Source: Callorhinchus milii | Lineage: Eukaryota | Reading direction: 5' to 3' | DNA length: 64,000 nucleotides | NCBI RefSeq assembly: GCF_018977255.1 | Contig: NW_024704743.1 | Span: 19,656,001-19,720,000, forward strand | Shown: positions 51,578 through 64,000 of the stretch, one piece after another | Layout: every line of letters begins with the position of its first letter | Numbering within the stretch: position 1 is the stretch's first letter | The notes under the pieces: model-generated | The model's input: the letters and a program-made list of their open reading frames with translations, nothing else | Databases searched by the model: none | Told to the model about the DNA's origin: nothing | Program-made: the position numbers and the translations under genes

Positions 51578-51910
51578 TCACCAGATGTGATGAATGTATG
51601 GATTAGGGTCTCGGCAGCCTGGGGGTAGAGAAATGGCAGAGGCACTGAGGTTCCACACAGGCTCTGCGAGGTAGAGTGTACATCCAAGTAGTTTGATCCT
51701 GTCTGTGTCTGTGCTGAGAAACTGTTGACAAGAGCCAAGCAGGAGAGCCTCTGCCTTGGCAACGTTCAATGGAAAAATGCTTGGAGCTCATCCAGGACTT
51801 GATGTCTGATAGGCAATCAGTAACAACAGCAGTGGTCCTGGAATCAAGGGTGGAGGCAGAAAGATAGAGTTGGGTGTCATCGGCATGTTAACCCTATGTC
51901 TGCGCATGAC
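51578..51910 (-). mobile_element. L2 LINE internal reverse transcriptase fragment
   Basis: Reverse strand contains ATGCCGATGACACCCAACTCTATCT (ADDTQLY) and NVAKAEALLLG. Similar fragment at about 27975-28130(-). Confidence 0.85.
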
Positions 51911-52369
51911 GTCTTATCCGAAGAACGGCACCTCCAACAATGTAGCACATCCCCAGTACTGCATTAGAGTGTCACCATATACTATATGAATTCCAAGTCC
52001 AGAGACTTCCAAGGGGATTGAACCCACGACCTTCTAATTCAGAGGCAAGAGTGCTACCAACTGAGCCAGGCTGACACATAAGATGACGTGTCAACTAACA
52101 TGTCATGATTCTGTTCATGGATCATTACAAACCTGAGCAAGTGATGAGCTTGGCCCAGCCTGGACCGGCCAACTCAGCAGCAATATTCAAGCCAAAAGTA
52201 TAACTGGTAACACAGCAGCAAGTACCAAAGCAGAGGTAAAAGTGAAAGGTTAATTGCATATTAGACTTGAAGTAAGAAACCCTTTCAGCACTGCATATAT
52301 CTGATGGATGATTTTGATTGAACTGCAAAGCTAACATTCAGATAAATATTCCTTGTACATTCAGGTAAT

Positions 52370-52677
52370 TGGTAGTATGTAGCTCAGTGGTTAGAACATT
52401 CACCTCGCAAGCGAGAGATCTGGATTCGATTCGCGGGAATCCTTGGGGAAGTTTTCTTACTCCACGCACCTGATAATAATCCCTCAAGAAAAAAACCCAA
52501 TAATAAATTGGTCACTTCAATCGACGACTGTTTGTGGGACACTGCTGTGTGCAATTGGCTATCGCGTTTTTCCCACAAATAAACAGTCAATTCACTTTAC
52601 AGTATATTCTGTGAAGCACTTTGAGATGTCTAGAAGATGTGAACAATGCTATATCAAATGCAAGGATTATTATTATT
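52370..52677 (+). mobile_element. tRNA-SINE, short subfamily
   Basis: GTAGCTCAGTGGTTAGAAC head; (TTA)n tail. Confidence 0.88.
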
Positions 52678-52840
52678 AAACCTTTTAAGCACTCCAAGAT
52701 ACTGCCCCACGTGAAGGGCACTATAGAAATGCTAGTTGTTGTTATTATACAGACTTAATAAAATTCTTAAATTTTCAGTGCTTGTCCTTTTCAAACAATC
52801 AACCTTACAGTCAAATCAAGTTATATTACCTTGTTTATAA

Positions 52841-53267
52841 CAATAATAATCCTTGCATTTGATATAGTGCCTTACCCCGTCGTTCTGAGCGCTCTGAGAT
52901 GCCGCCCGGGGTGGAGGGCGCTATATAACTACAAGTTGTTGTTGTTGTCGTTGAGAGGTCTCAGAGTACTTCACAGGATATACTGTAAAGTGTAGTGACT
53001 GTGTATTGTGTTGGTGAAACGTGGCAGCCAATTCACAGTCGTGGATTAAATGACCAAACCATTATTATTATTTTTATTATTTTTGCTTTCTGAGAGATTC
53101 TTAATATTCCCAGAAAAGTGATCCGCCAATCAACTTACAACCAGGTTCCTACTTACTCCTAGGTAAACAGAGGCGTGTGGAGTAAGGAAACTTGCCTAAG
53201 GTTTCACCCTGCTGGGAATCGAACCCGGTTCCTCTCGCTTCTAACCACTGACGTACAAGGATTCCAC
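52841..53267 (-). mobile_element. tRNA-SINE, long subfamily, carrying a nested 62-bp L2 tail
   Basis: Reverse head near 53267 and tail near 52841; interrupted at 52885-52946. Confidence 0.85.
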
Positions 53268-56200
53268 TTACTGTCAGAGATGTCATCATTGGGATGAGAC
53301 AAGATCCTATATGGCTGTCCAGGTGGATGTTAAACGATCCCATGACACAATTTGAAAATAGAAAGATATTTTTTCCCGGTGTCCTTGCCAACAATTCTCC
53401 AAATAAAATTGGTCACTCACTTCATTGCTGTTTGTGGGCCATTGTTATACACAGATTGACTGCCAAAGTGACTCACAAACATATAGTCACTCCACTCTGC
53501 AGTATAACCTGTGAAGTGTTTTGACACATCCTCCAGATGTGAAAGGTGCTATGTCAAATACAAGGATTATTCTGATTTCAAATTAAAAGGGGTAAAAGAA
53601 AAATCTGTTCCTATCTGATGTTTTGTGACCTGTATTAAAAATACAGTGCTTTTAACGTGTGGCACAAAATCATTCCAATTATACAAGATGTAATTAGCCT
53701 TTAATGGTTAGTTCCATTTTGAGGGAAAGTTCAAAACATTCTGACAGTAAAGTCTCCATTAAGTTTTACTGATGTTTTCAGATTAGAGAAAAATGAGCAA
53801 GTTGAGTGAATCATTAGGTTTGCTTTGGAAAGAGAAAAGATAAGAGGATTCATGTATTCCTATAACCAGAGGCTGAATGACAGGTAACAGAAATTGAATG
53901 AAGTTCTGTCATGCATTCACAGACAGGTGTAATGATCGGCGAGCACTTCACACTTGTAATAATCACAAGTAGATCACCCACCCTCTGGAATTCCATCACA
54001 GTCCCTTCGCCTCACTCCCTTCTTTGTCTCCTTCAAGTCCCGTCTCAAGATCCTCCTCTTTGACCGGGCCTTCAGTCACCTTCCTACCCTTTCCCTCCCT
54101 GCCCACCACCCCAAACTCGGGTCCAAACCCCTGACTGTTCAGTGCCTTGGGATCTTCTCCTGACATTAAAGGCGCTATACAAAAGTAATTTGTTGTTGTT
54201 TGTTGTTGTTCAATAGAGATCTAACAAAGAAAACTCCAGATCTGATTTTCACTCTGCTCTGTACCTTAATTTGTAATTCACTTTGTGGGCCTTGCTGTGT
54301 GCAAATTGGCTGCCTCATTTGCCTACAAGATGCAGTAGTCACTACATTACAGTCACTACACTGAACAATATATGCTTTGAAATGCTTTGCGCCCCTCCCC
54401 TCAACAAACATGAAAGGTGCTAAATCAAATGTAGGGGATTATTGTTATCACTATTATCCACTCCACTTTGCTTTAGTCTCTGATCCTTATCCAGTCTCCA
54501 ATGGTGATTGAACCTTTCATCGTTATTCAATCTTGAATCCGATGTAACCTCCAATTCCAGATCAACTTCTGCTGACAGTTTAGGCAATGATCACAATTCT
54601 AGCACAAAGTCTGCTGTATAAAAGTGGCCTGATGTGTGCTTTGCAGTCCAATAATGTGTGCTATTTTGGAATATTTACATAAAATACACTGAGGCAGATG
54701 AGGGGAACTGGCAACATAGCAACCCCAAATGCTTTATATAATAACAATAATCCTTGCATTTGATATAGCACCTTATATTTGCTTAGGCTGACATCTAAAA
54801 GCACTTCAGAGTGGTGGGGTTAGACACCAAGCAACAAAAACAACAACAGTTTGCATTTATAAAGCACCATTCATGTAGGATAGCATGTTGGAGCACTGTA
54901 TAGCAAGAGTGAATGAGGAGTAAAAAGTGATTGCTATGGGAGATAAATGTGGTCGGTTTTATTAAATTCATTATGAGCCCAAGACCAGTTCTTCCTTAGC
55001 TGTATATTGGCATTGATTGAAGATAAAGTACGAGAATCCTCCTGTATAAGTTTAAACAATAAAACACGTTTTTTAACTGACGATGTAATAATTATCACAA
55101 GTTGCAATAGAATCATCGCTTGATAGCTATCAACCAGGCACGATTATCACATCAAATCAATCATGAAAATGCCCCATGTTTCATCCCGAAATTTCACCAG
55201 AAGCTCATTCAAAATTTTGTAGAGCTTCCCTTAGTCTGCTGAACCTGTTACCCACTCTGCCCTGCACTAGTTTCTCTTTAGTGCCTTGGGATCCATTTGT
55301 TGCTTAAATCTCATTCATTTATTGGACTGATGACTTGTTGGAACTTTCCTCTTTCTCTTGTCACATATAAATGATTTCTGCTTGTCTGCATCACGCTGCT
55401 GGAATTTTGTTCAAGGTGATTTATCTGAAGATCATTTAAACTGAAGTGTATAACCCTCCAGGTTAAAACTCTAAAAGCAATACAATATTCCAAGCAATTT
55501 ATCCAGTATCATACATCATGTTTATAACTTCTGCGGGCTTCATGGGTAACAGAGATTCTTAAATCAGTGCACATTCATTTTTTAGCATTACTGTTGACTT
55601 ACTGAGCTGACTTATTGAGTGACTATAGCACAAATGTGCTATACCAAATATATAATAGCATCAGGTCAACAGTTACACTTAAATAATACCTTTCACATAG
55701 AATAATGTATCAAAGCAATTTATAAAGACAGTGAGGATCACTGAGCAGGGTGGAAAGTACAGAGGGTTTGAGAATGTTGACCAAAGGTGCATTAATATAG
55801 ATTTTTGCAGGGTTTTGAAGGCAGAGAGGAAAGGCGCAAGACAAAGAGATTTGTGAGAGTTCCAGAGATCAAGTTCAGTTACTGACAGTGGGTTGGAGCA
55901 GGCGAGGGACAAGCAGCAGGCTTAAGCTGGAGAAGCACAGGATACAGGGAGAAAAATGGAGAGAGACTGGAGGAGATTACACAGATACCGTGAGGCAAGA
56001 GCATGAAGGGATTTAGGGTCACCATGAGGGTCTCCCGATGAGAGAGAGCCAGTGGAACATTGGCTGTCATGTTAAAGTGACACCTATTTGAACATGCGTC
56101 AAGATTTTCTGTAGCGGATCGGTTTATGATTGATTCTGTGAGCCATTATAATTCAATGATATGGGCTTTGACTACAAAGCTCAGCGATGTGATAATTATC

Positions 56201-56410
56201 ATCACAGGTGACAATCATCACATCCCACCTAACAATTTTCATCCAAAAGGTCTGATTCTCTCTCAGGAGTTCATGTTCTGACGCAGTTCAAATTGGACAC
56301 TTCAGACTCTAGTCAGCAGTATTCCTTGTCTGTGGGAAGTTGGAGTTGCTTTTTCTAATCTATTCACTTTGTTCTTATTTGTGACATTATTCACAATCTA
56401 ATATTTCCAG

Positions 56411-56617
56411 GGATAATAATCCCTCAAAAAAATCAATAATAATTTGGTCACTCAATTCACGACTGTTTGTGGGACACTGCTGTGCGCAATTCGTGTCGCA
56501 TTTTGCCCACAAATATAGTCGATTCACTTTACAGTATATGCTGTGAAGCGCTTTGAGATGCCTAGAAGATGTGAAAAGCGTTATATCAAGTGCAAGGATT
56601 ATTATTATTATTATTAT
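56411..56617 (+). mobile_element. 5'-truncated tRNA-SINE
   Basis: Body and (TTA)n tail only. Similar truncated copies at about 47485-47620 (-), 49675-49815 (+) and 61690-61803 (+). Confidence 0.82.
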
Positions 56618-58939
56618 ACAATAAACAGAATTATGCTTTCACCCTATGAAACAGCCACCTGTTCTCCACAAGTGGGCTTGGATATTTGATCTATCATTAA
56701 ACTTGGCAAGCCTCGTTCTACAAATCTTCAGTTCCTAACCTAGTGGAAAACAGCTGATTGTTCACAGGAGACAGGTATAATACTTTATCTCTTTCACTAA
56801 TGGGGACATTTATCTATCTTAAATCACTGGCATATCCATCAAAGGTAGCAGTGAGTAATGCTACAAAATTACTTTTGCTCGGAACATCTCTTAGATCAGA
56901 ATCTATTACAACGTTTAAATCGTGCTCCCCCATTACACTTGTGCCACCACATCCTTGCAATTTTCTAGTGGAATACTATTTCATAATTTTTTTTCCCACT
57001 TAGACAAGTACCTTCCTTACCGATGCTTTGGATAAAAAGTGCAATACAAGGCTAGCTTTGAAGTGAGTGGATGTCTCACACTAAGCAGTCATTAGTTAGC
57101 TTTGTTGATTACGTTTATTAACAATGTTAGAATTAACATTGCCAGACATTTCACAGGCTACAAAATTTCACACTGTTGGAATGTTAGCAGACACAGGCCT
57201 TCTGCCTATCAAGTCTGACTAGGTGATTTGCTTTCATGAGGTACTTTGCCTGATCCTATATTAACTAACGGCAAATTAGGGTAGACTCTTCTTTGACGTG
57301 TCTGTTTGCAGCGCTTGATGCCTCTGTTCAAGTTGACATTCAGTGCAACCCTAGGGGAGAGCTGCATTGTCACATGTCCTTCAGATGAGACGTTAAAACA
57401 AGGTCCCATCTGCCTTTTTAGGTGGACGTTAACGTTCCCATGAAATAATTTGAGAAAATAAATGTTTTTTTTNCTCCAGTGTCCTGACCTGCGATTTTCC
57501 AAGTTAATTTGTCAATCCTCTCATGGCTATTTGTGGAAGCTTACTGTTTGCCTACATAAACAGTATGCACGCATGATGTTATTTAAAGCCCTTTTCGGTA
57601 TAGCCCCTATAATGGTTTGATAGCAGTTTGACATTATAGGGTTTATAAAAACGTAAGAATTATTGTTGTGCATATCACAAGTTAGTGGATGACCCGGTAG
57701 AGGAGTTAGCATGGATGCTAGTTTAGAGTATTGGGTTCATTCCACAGAATTAGACATCAGTAACATATTTTAATCGGAAGCAGCCAGGTTTTCAGAGCTC
57801 AGGAGGCTTTTTGTTTGGAGTGGCATGATTTCCACTCTGCTGTAGACAGGTAATTCTGTCGGAAAACTCTCATAACTCACTCTGCACCAGACTGATATTG
57901 GGATTAGGCTATGTGCATCTTCTCTCTTTCCCAGCTGAGGTGACTTGGGGAGACCACATGGGAAAACCTTCTTGTAAATACAAATGATGATATTTTTGCA
58001 AGCATGTTCTTGACATATTCACTGCATATATTACATTTCAGTAAGATAGCTGCGCTATAGAATCTTTGATTTGCTGAGTTAAATACTGCAGTACATGCTT
58101 CTATGACATTTGTTGAGGATATTGCTATGGCTGATGTCACATTCAATTTACTGCTAAGAAAAAGTAGGATTTACAGAGGTGTAAAAATCTGATCAATTTG
58201 AAAATAGTTACAGAAAATAACCAATTTCTGATTTTGAAATTATTTGGGATTATGGTTATGGTTTATAATTTTGGGAAATCTTATGATCCTGCTGATTTTT
58301 ATAAGATTTTGATTGATCGTAAATGAACATAATTTACTCAATGTATAACCAGGTCAATCGTGGCATTGCATTCAGCTGAACATCAGTAAAGTGTAACATC
58401 TCTTATGTATAAGACATTGTTTAAGTTTGTAAACATTGGAAAAGTGTGGTGTTTGGTGAACATGTCTTTTCTTCCTCCTTGATGCAAGATCACGATCATA
58501 ATGCAATTCTGAGGTAGAAATATCCTTATTGCAATTACACTTTCAGTTTATCCTTTCACTTAAAAATCTTCAAATGTTAAGTTCTTAGGTTCATAAAATC
58601 TTAACTACCACCATTATTGCTGTTGTCTTAGGGCTCCGGCCTGCATCACATCCTCTGGCTTGCCCGCCCCACCATTGGCGGGCGGACCTTCAGCCTCACT
58701 GCCCCTACCCTCTGGAACTCCATTCCACAGTCCATCCACCTCGCCCCTCCCTTGCCTCCTTTGGGACCTGTCTCTTCGACCATGCTTTTGTTTCTCCTAC
58801 CCCTACCCTCCCCGCCCTCCACCTCTCCTGATCCCAACCACCATCTCGGATTCAGATCCCTGACTGTCCAGCACCTTGGGACGTCTTCCTGAAGTGAGGG
58901 GCATTATGCAGATGTAATTTGTTGTTGTTGTACTATATA

Positions 58940-59297
58940 GTGGAGTCCTGTATCTCAGGGGTAAAAGCACTCACCCGCAAGCGAGAGACTTGGGTTCGAT
59001 TCCGGGCAGGGCGAAATGTTGGGCAAGTTTCCTTACTCTGTACGCTTCTGTTTACCTAGCAGTAATTAGGAACCCGGTTGTTAGTTTTCCAGGGGTTAAC
59101 AATACCTTAAAAAAATTATAAATCGGTCACTTCAATTCACGACTGTTTGTGGGACATGGCTGTGTGCAATTGGCTGCCGCGTTTCATCCTCAAAATATAC
59201 CATCAATCCACTTTGCAGTATATTCTGTGAAGCACTTTGAGTCGTCTCAAAGACGTAATAAGGCGATATATCAAATGCAAGCATTATTATTATTATT
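58940..59297 (+). mobile_element. tRNA-SINE, long subfamily
   Basis: GTGGAGTCCTGTATCTCAG head, TTTACCTAGCAGTAATTAGGAACCCGG block, tail. Confidence 0.88.
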
Positions 59298-59807
59298 GTT
59301 CTTTATGGATGGACAGTGCAAAGCTGCCATTCAGAAAATAGCAATGCAGCCCTCTGCGTCCACTGATGGTGGTTCTCAGTTATTCAACTCAACGTGCAAA
59401 GGTTGCCTGCTGATCATGGAAGATACAAGACTCGTACAAGATGGTACAAGATACCAAATGCTTTTCATGTTTCAAAGATCTAGAGGTAAAGATGCAATGT
59501 TTCACAACAGGTTCTATGTGTCACATTAGAATTGTTATGAAACATATTTTTCTGACCGTCTTTTTTAATGTGAGTTCCCCTATTCATTTTATAAAGGTTA
59601 ATAACAATAACTGTAGGTATCGTTACTGTGGTGTACAAAGATCATTTTGTTTTGCATCTGAAATAAAGACAAAGTAAATAATCAAAGCCTGTTTGAAACA
59701 ATGTTAGAGATTTAATTTTAGAACTGTTTACAGTTCACCGTTGAACTTTCCTTGAAGGGCACAAACCTGAATTTGCCGAATGTACCAGAATGCCAAATAA
59801 CCAGTTG

Positions 59808-60052
59808 ATGACTAACCTTCCTGGGGTTGGGGGCTGAAGAGATTGGGGTCTCCTTGGAGCTGAGCTGGCTCCAAGATTACATGCTTGGTAATGCAACGTC
59901 AGAATCGAGTCAATCCTCTGTGGTGGTCTCGGTAGTCTGGTTCCTGAGCCAGGTAGGTATTTCCATGTGTAGGTGGGATGCATGAAATTCTCAGTTTGGT
60001 TTGGATACTCTTAAGCATAGTGATGGGTTTCCACATATATAGGACACCAGGC
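59808..60052 (+). repeat. Unclassified structured repeat, internally deleted copy retaining both ends
   Basis: GGGGTCTCCTTGGAGCTGAGCTGGCTCCAAG end joined directly to ATTTCCATGTGTAGGTGGGATGCATG end. Confidence 0.85.
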
Positions 60053-60854
60053 TCTATTTTACTGGTCTCTATGTTTTTGGAAATAGGACACACTTGCTCT
60101 GATGGCACTTTTATTTGGGGGAAAGTATGACTCTTGACAGTTGATGGTGCTGTGATCCAAGCAAGAGTCAATAATCCTAATTCTAATTCTTTTGTCAGAT
60201 AGTCCGACAGTTCAATCGTTAAGATACAAGAAGCTATGGAGTGATCGCAAAACCACAGTAATCCAAATATAATAACATTGCATTTAATATACCATCTTTA
60301 TTATCAAGCTAATAAAATGATCTGTCCCAGAATAGACAATAGGCAACAGAGCTTACTTAGCAATGAAGGTAAATTGACAGTGAGCTTAGTATACATTGTT
60401 TAAGAAAGAGTCTCTAACTCCTATTTGTCCATGTGTCTCCTTCTGCCTTCTCTCCCTCATGTCGTTTTTCTCCCCCTCTCTATGCCTATCTGACACCCTG
60501 TGGATCCGTTCTCTCTATCTTTGTGCCAATCACTTTCTCTCTCTTTCTTTGTCAGTCTTTCGCTTTCTCTGTTGCAAATTGTTCCACGCTCATTTGTTGC
60601 CTCTAATCGCTCTTCCCTCGCACACACACACACACTCTTATCTCTTTTACACTGAGAAGTTGAGGTTTTATTATGCCAGGCACTGAATCACCTTTACGGA
60701 ATATGATATTAATACTGTTTATGAATTTATTTTTGCTTGGCTTTCATTTATTGGAAATGAACCAGTATTTTCAGGATTCAGTGTAATAATAATCTGTACC
60801 AGTGATAAACTAGATAAATGTCACGGTGAGCTATATCGCCACATCAATTGAGTT

Positions 60855-61370
60855 CCGGTCCCGAGAAGTCACTCTCAAGTCATGTACAGTGCAATGGTCA
60901 GGCTACATCTGCAGTTCTGGATATTGCTGGGTCAGGGAGTCACTCAGGCCTTAATGGCAAAGAACAACAAAGATTATTCCCGGTGTCAGAGAGCAACGAC
61001 TAGACAAATTAGAGCTCTTCAGCCTTGAAAAGGGATATTTCAGAGAGGAACTTACAGAGCTATAGTTACATAAGATTTTGAATGACATTCAGAGAATAAA
61101 TCCAAAACAATATTTTCAGGTCTGCCTAGAGAATTTTCAGATATACACCAGACCAAGAGGGTACAGATTCACTGTAGTAAATAGCAGTTTCAAGACAGAT
61201 ACCGGGAAACACGTCTTTTACCCAGAAGGTAATTAACAACTGGAACAGTTTGTCAAGAAGGGTGGTTGAGGCCAAAGTGGTGGACCCATTACGAAACAGT
61301 TTCATACTTTAATTGGAGAAAGGTGGGTGGATTTTCTGGAAAGATGAACCAAAGCTGTCTTCATCTGAAT
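60855..61370 (+). mobile_element. Old CR1 3' fragment
   Basis: ATGGTCAGGCTACATCT, CTCTTCAGCCTTGAAAAG, ACCAAGAGGGTACAG, TTTACCCAGAAGGTAATTAAC..CTGGAAC. Related piece at about 25545-25800(+). Confidence 0.8.
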
Positions 61371-62961
61371 CAGAGGTTTTGGTCTAAGCACTCCAAAATG
61401 GAGTGCTTCAAATCTACTCTTGTGTGAAGGGGCTATATAAATCAAGTTGTTGTTGTTGCTGTTATCTTCTGATTTGGTGTATTTTCCAGCAGCTCCATGG
61501 AAACCCAGGTCTCAGCTCTGAGGTTTTTACCCATTCAGGGAGAGAGGGTAAAAACTCTCTCTGGGGAGAGAGGAAAATATATTAATTTTACAAATGTAAT
61601 TTGTATTGTAATTCAGCTACTCCAAGAATCGCTTTATTATTATAATAAACTGACACCACTTAAATTAGTATTAAAAACAATATTTTAAGGTTTGCCCACA
61701 AATATACAGTCAATTCACTTCACAGTGTATTCTGTGAAGTGCTTTGACATATCTCAAGACGTGATAAGGTGCTATATCAAATGCAAGAATTATTACTATT
61801 ATTTAAATTCAATAAATGTTACTATGCACATTCTGAGATCTCTGTGTTTCTTTTCTGTTTTCTAGCTCTCACTTTTTTTTACTTTTTCAATCTAATTTTT
61901 AACTTTTTTTTAAAGTCTTAAAGCCTATTCCTATCTCCCTCTTCCCAACATCCACTTGAAGACCAATTTCAAAGGCAATTTTAGCTTCTCCTGAAAAACA
62001 TAGATTTGGAAGATTGACAAGGTCAGCCTTCAGTGTGAAAACCTGAGTCACAATCACAAAGCAATTGTTCCCAAGAAGTAGTAAATGGGGCTTGAAGGGA
62101 GATTAATGGTTATCTCTCACTTTTCAGTCTTTTTAAGAGTTAAGACTGTTTCTCTTCAACAGACTTCTGCAAATTTACTTTCCAGTACCTTATAATTCTG
62201 ATTGATGTTATGTATTTGCTTCCTGACTGCAGAAAGGTCTGGTCCAGGTGAACAATAGCCTATGTTTTCATGTTTTACTGGTGGTATCTGTATTCTCAAC
62301 ACGCCATCAAGTATTTCCAAAGACAAATGTTGCAGCAGCATCTACCACTGAGGGTTTGAGCTCATAGTCCAAAGGTTGATACTGTAGTGCAGTACTGAAG
62401 GAGCATTGTATTATCAGAGGTTCCATCTCTTGGATGAGACATGAACCGAAGTCCCAACTAACCGTTCAGGGGGACATAATAGAGCCCTTGACACTATTCA
62501 ATAGCAATGCGCATGTATATAGCCTCTTCTTGTCGGATAACACCTTGGAACAAAGTACAATGGCTTGGGTGGACATCAAGTAAGGAAGAAGGGGAGGGCT
62601 GGTGGACTTTAGGCACAGTCGAAGAGGTAGGTTTTCAGACGGGATTTAAAGACAGATAAAGGTGGGTGGGGGATGGGGTAAGGTGGAGAGGTTGAGGCAG
62701 GGAGTCTCAGAGCTTGGATTATTCAAAAAGAGAAGTGAAATTTCTCCCCTATATACTGACCAGCAATCCTCCAGATTAATCAATCACTAACCTCAAGGCC
62801 CGTTTAATGGAAATGGCTGCTGCATCTGCCAACAGAAAAACACTCACTGCACTTTTTGGTAATTACTTGTGAAGTTGTTTTGACGTAATAGAAAGTTTTA
62901 AAATTGCAAGTTGTTTCTGAGACACAATATGCAATTGCGCTGTATAAATCAGTTGTTGTCT

Positions 62962-63628
62962 GCAGTCTGCTCCGTAACATCGCCAGACTCCACCACTACC
63001 CCTTCAGGCTGCTGAAGCTCTTGTTCATGCCTTCATCGACTATGCAAACGTCCTGCTTGTCGGCCTTCCCAACTCCTCTCTCCACAGGCTGCAGATAATC
63101 CAGAACTCTGCAGCCCATGTGCTCTCCTGCATCAAACTCCGTGACCTCATCTCCCCCATTCTCGCCCGACTCCATTGGCTCCCTATCCTTCAGAGGATCC
63201 AGTTCAAGATCCTGATCTCACCTACAAAGCCCTCCATGGCCTCGCCCCACCCGACCTCTGAGACCTCCTAACCCCCTACCAACCCGCCCGTTCCCTCCGC
63301 TCAGCCGGCTCCGGCCTGCTCTACATCCCCCGACCCACCCTCCCCACCATTGGCGGGAGAGCCTTCAGCCACTCTGCTCCCAACCTCTGGAATTCCATCC
63401 CCCAATCACTCCACCTTTCCTCCTCCTTAGCCTCCTTCAAGTCCCGCCTCAAGACCCTCCTTTTAAACAATGCCTTTGGCCACCCCCTTTCCCCTCCCAT
63501 CCCTTCCCTTCTCCCCCCCCATCCCCCCCCCAAACCCAGCTCGGGTCTGAAATGCTATACGCTGTCCAGCGCCATGGAACATCCTCCCGACGTGAAAGGC
63601 GCTATACAAATGTAATTTTGTTGTTGTT
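62962..63628 (+). mobile_element. L2 LINE 3' fragment, relatively young
   Basis: IQNSAA..LHWLP..RIQFKIL-type ORF2 end, C-rich 3' UTR, tail CCTCCCGACGTGAAAGGCGCTATACAAATGTAATTTTGTTGTTGTT. Confidence 0.9.
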
Positions 63629-64000
63629 TAAATCTGTTGCTGTGTTACATTTAGAATTCTTTGATCAGGACCCATGAAAAAAGTCTGAAAAAAATTGTAA
63701 AATTCAACCTGATATAAAAGTATTTTTTCCAAAAAATCATTTTTCTCAAATGTCTGCCAAGCAGCTTTTTGACTCTACCTCATTTTAGTTTCTCCGTCAA
63801 TTTCATATACACAACACGGATGAGTGAACCGCACGGAGGTGGCAGCAACGTGTCTGGCATCATTATCTTCACTGTTCAGTGTTCATTGGCTTTGGCAACT
63901 TCTGAAGTACAGCTGTTTCTTGAAGCTGTTTTCCTGTCCAATAATGTGTTACAAACACAGGAGACGAGAATAACTGAGCAAACTGTTTACATCAGGGGCC

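Noticed and set aside
57473..57473. Single N base
   Set aside because: Assembly ambiguity next to a T run inside an old SINE; no biological signal.
34066..64000. PLXDC2 transmembrane and cytoplasmic exons
   Set aside because: I found no segment encoding GTLHAGLI..YMYHHPTS or RRPSRWPAMKF by eye; probably downstream of the window. A tblastn search would settle it.

Overview
Vertebrate genomic DNA, almost certainly a cartilaginous fish and probably a chimaera such as Callorhinchus; this is inferred from the SINE/LINE repertoire. The whole window lies inside one + strand gene, PLXDC2 (plexin domain-containing 2 / TEM7R). Six internal coding exons (207-306, 7859-7954, 9174-9255, 31168-31228, 31572-31731, 34027-34065) have canonical AG/GT ends and splice in frame, covering the end of the N-terminal extracellular region, the PSI domain and the Ser/Thr-rich stalk. 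I did not find the transmembrane exon, so it probably lies beyond position 64000. The introns are dense with retroposons: a young tRNA-head SINE with an L2-type tail, older Deu-domain (SacSINE1-like) SINEs, L2 and CR1 LINE 3' fragments, one palindromic Penelope-like remnant, and about 12 copies of a highly structured, non-coding repeat of roughly 650-700 nt that I cannot assign to a known family. Most ORFs in the supplied track are spurious or come from repeats. I see no prokaryotic-type system. The best leads are the unclassified structured repeat, SINE tail switching toward the L2 tail, inverted young SINEs bracketing two exons, two candidate alternative terminal exons giving soluble PLXDC2, and a templated local duplication that preserves an empty CR1 insertion site. 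Repeat boundaries are read by eye and are approximate unless a target-site duplication (TSD) is given.
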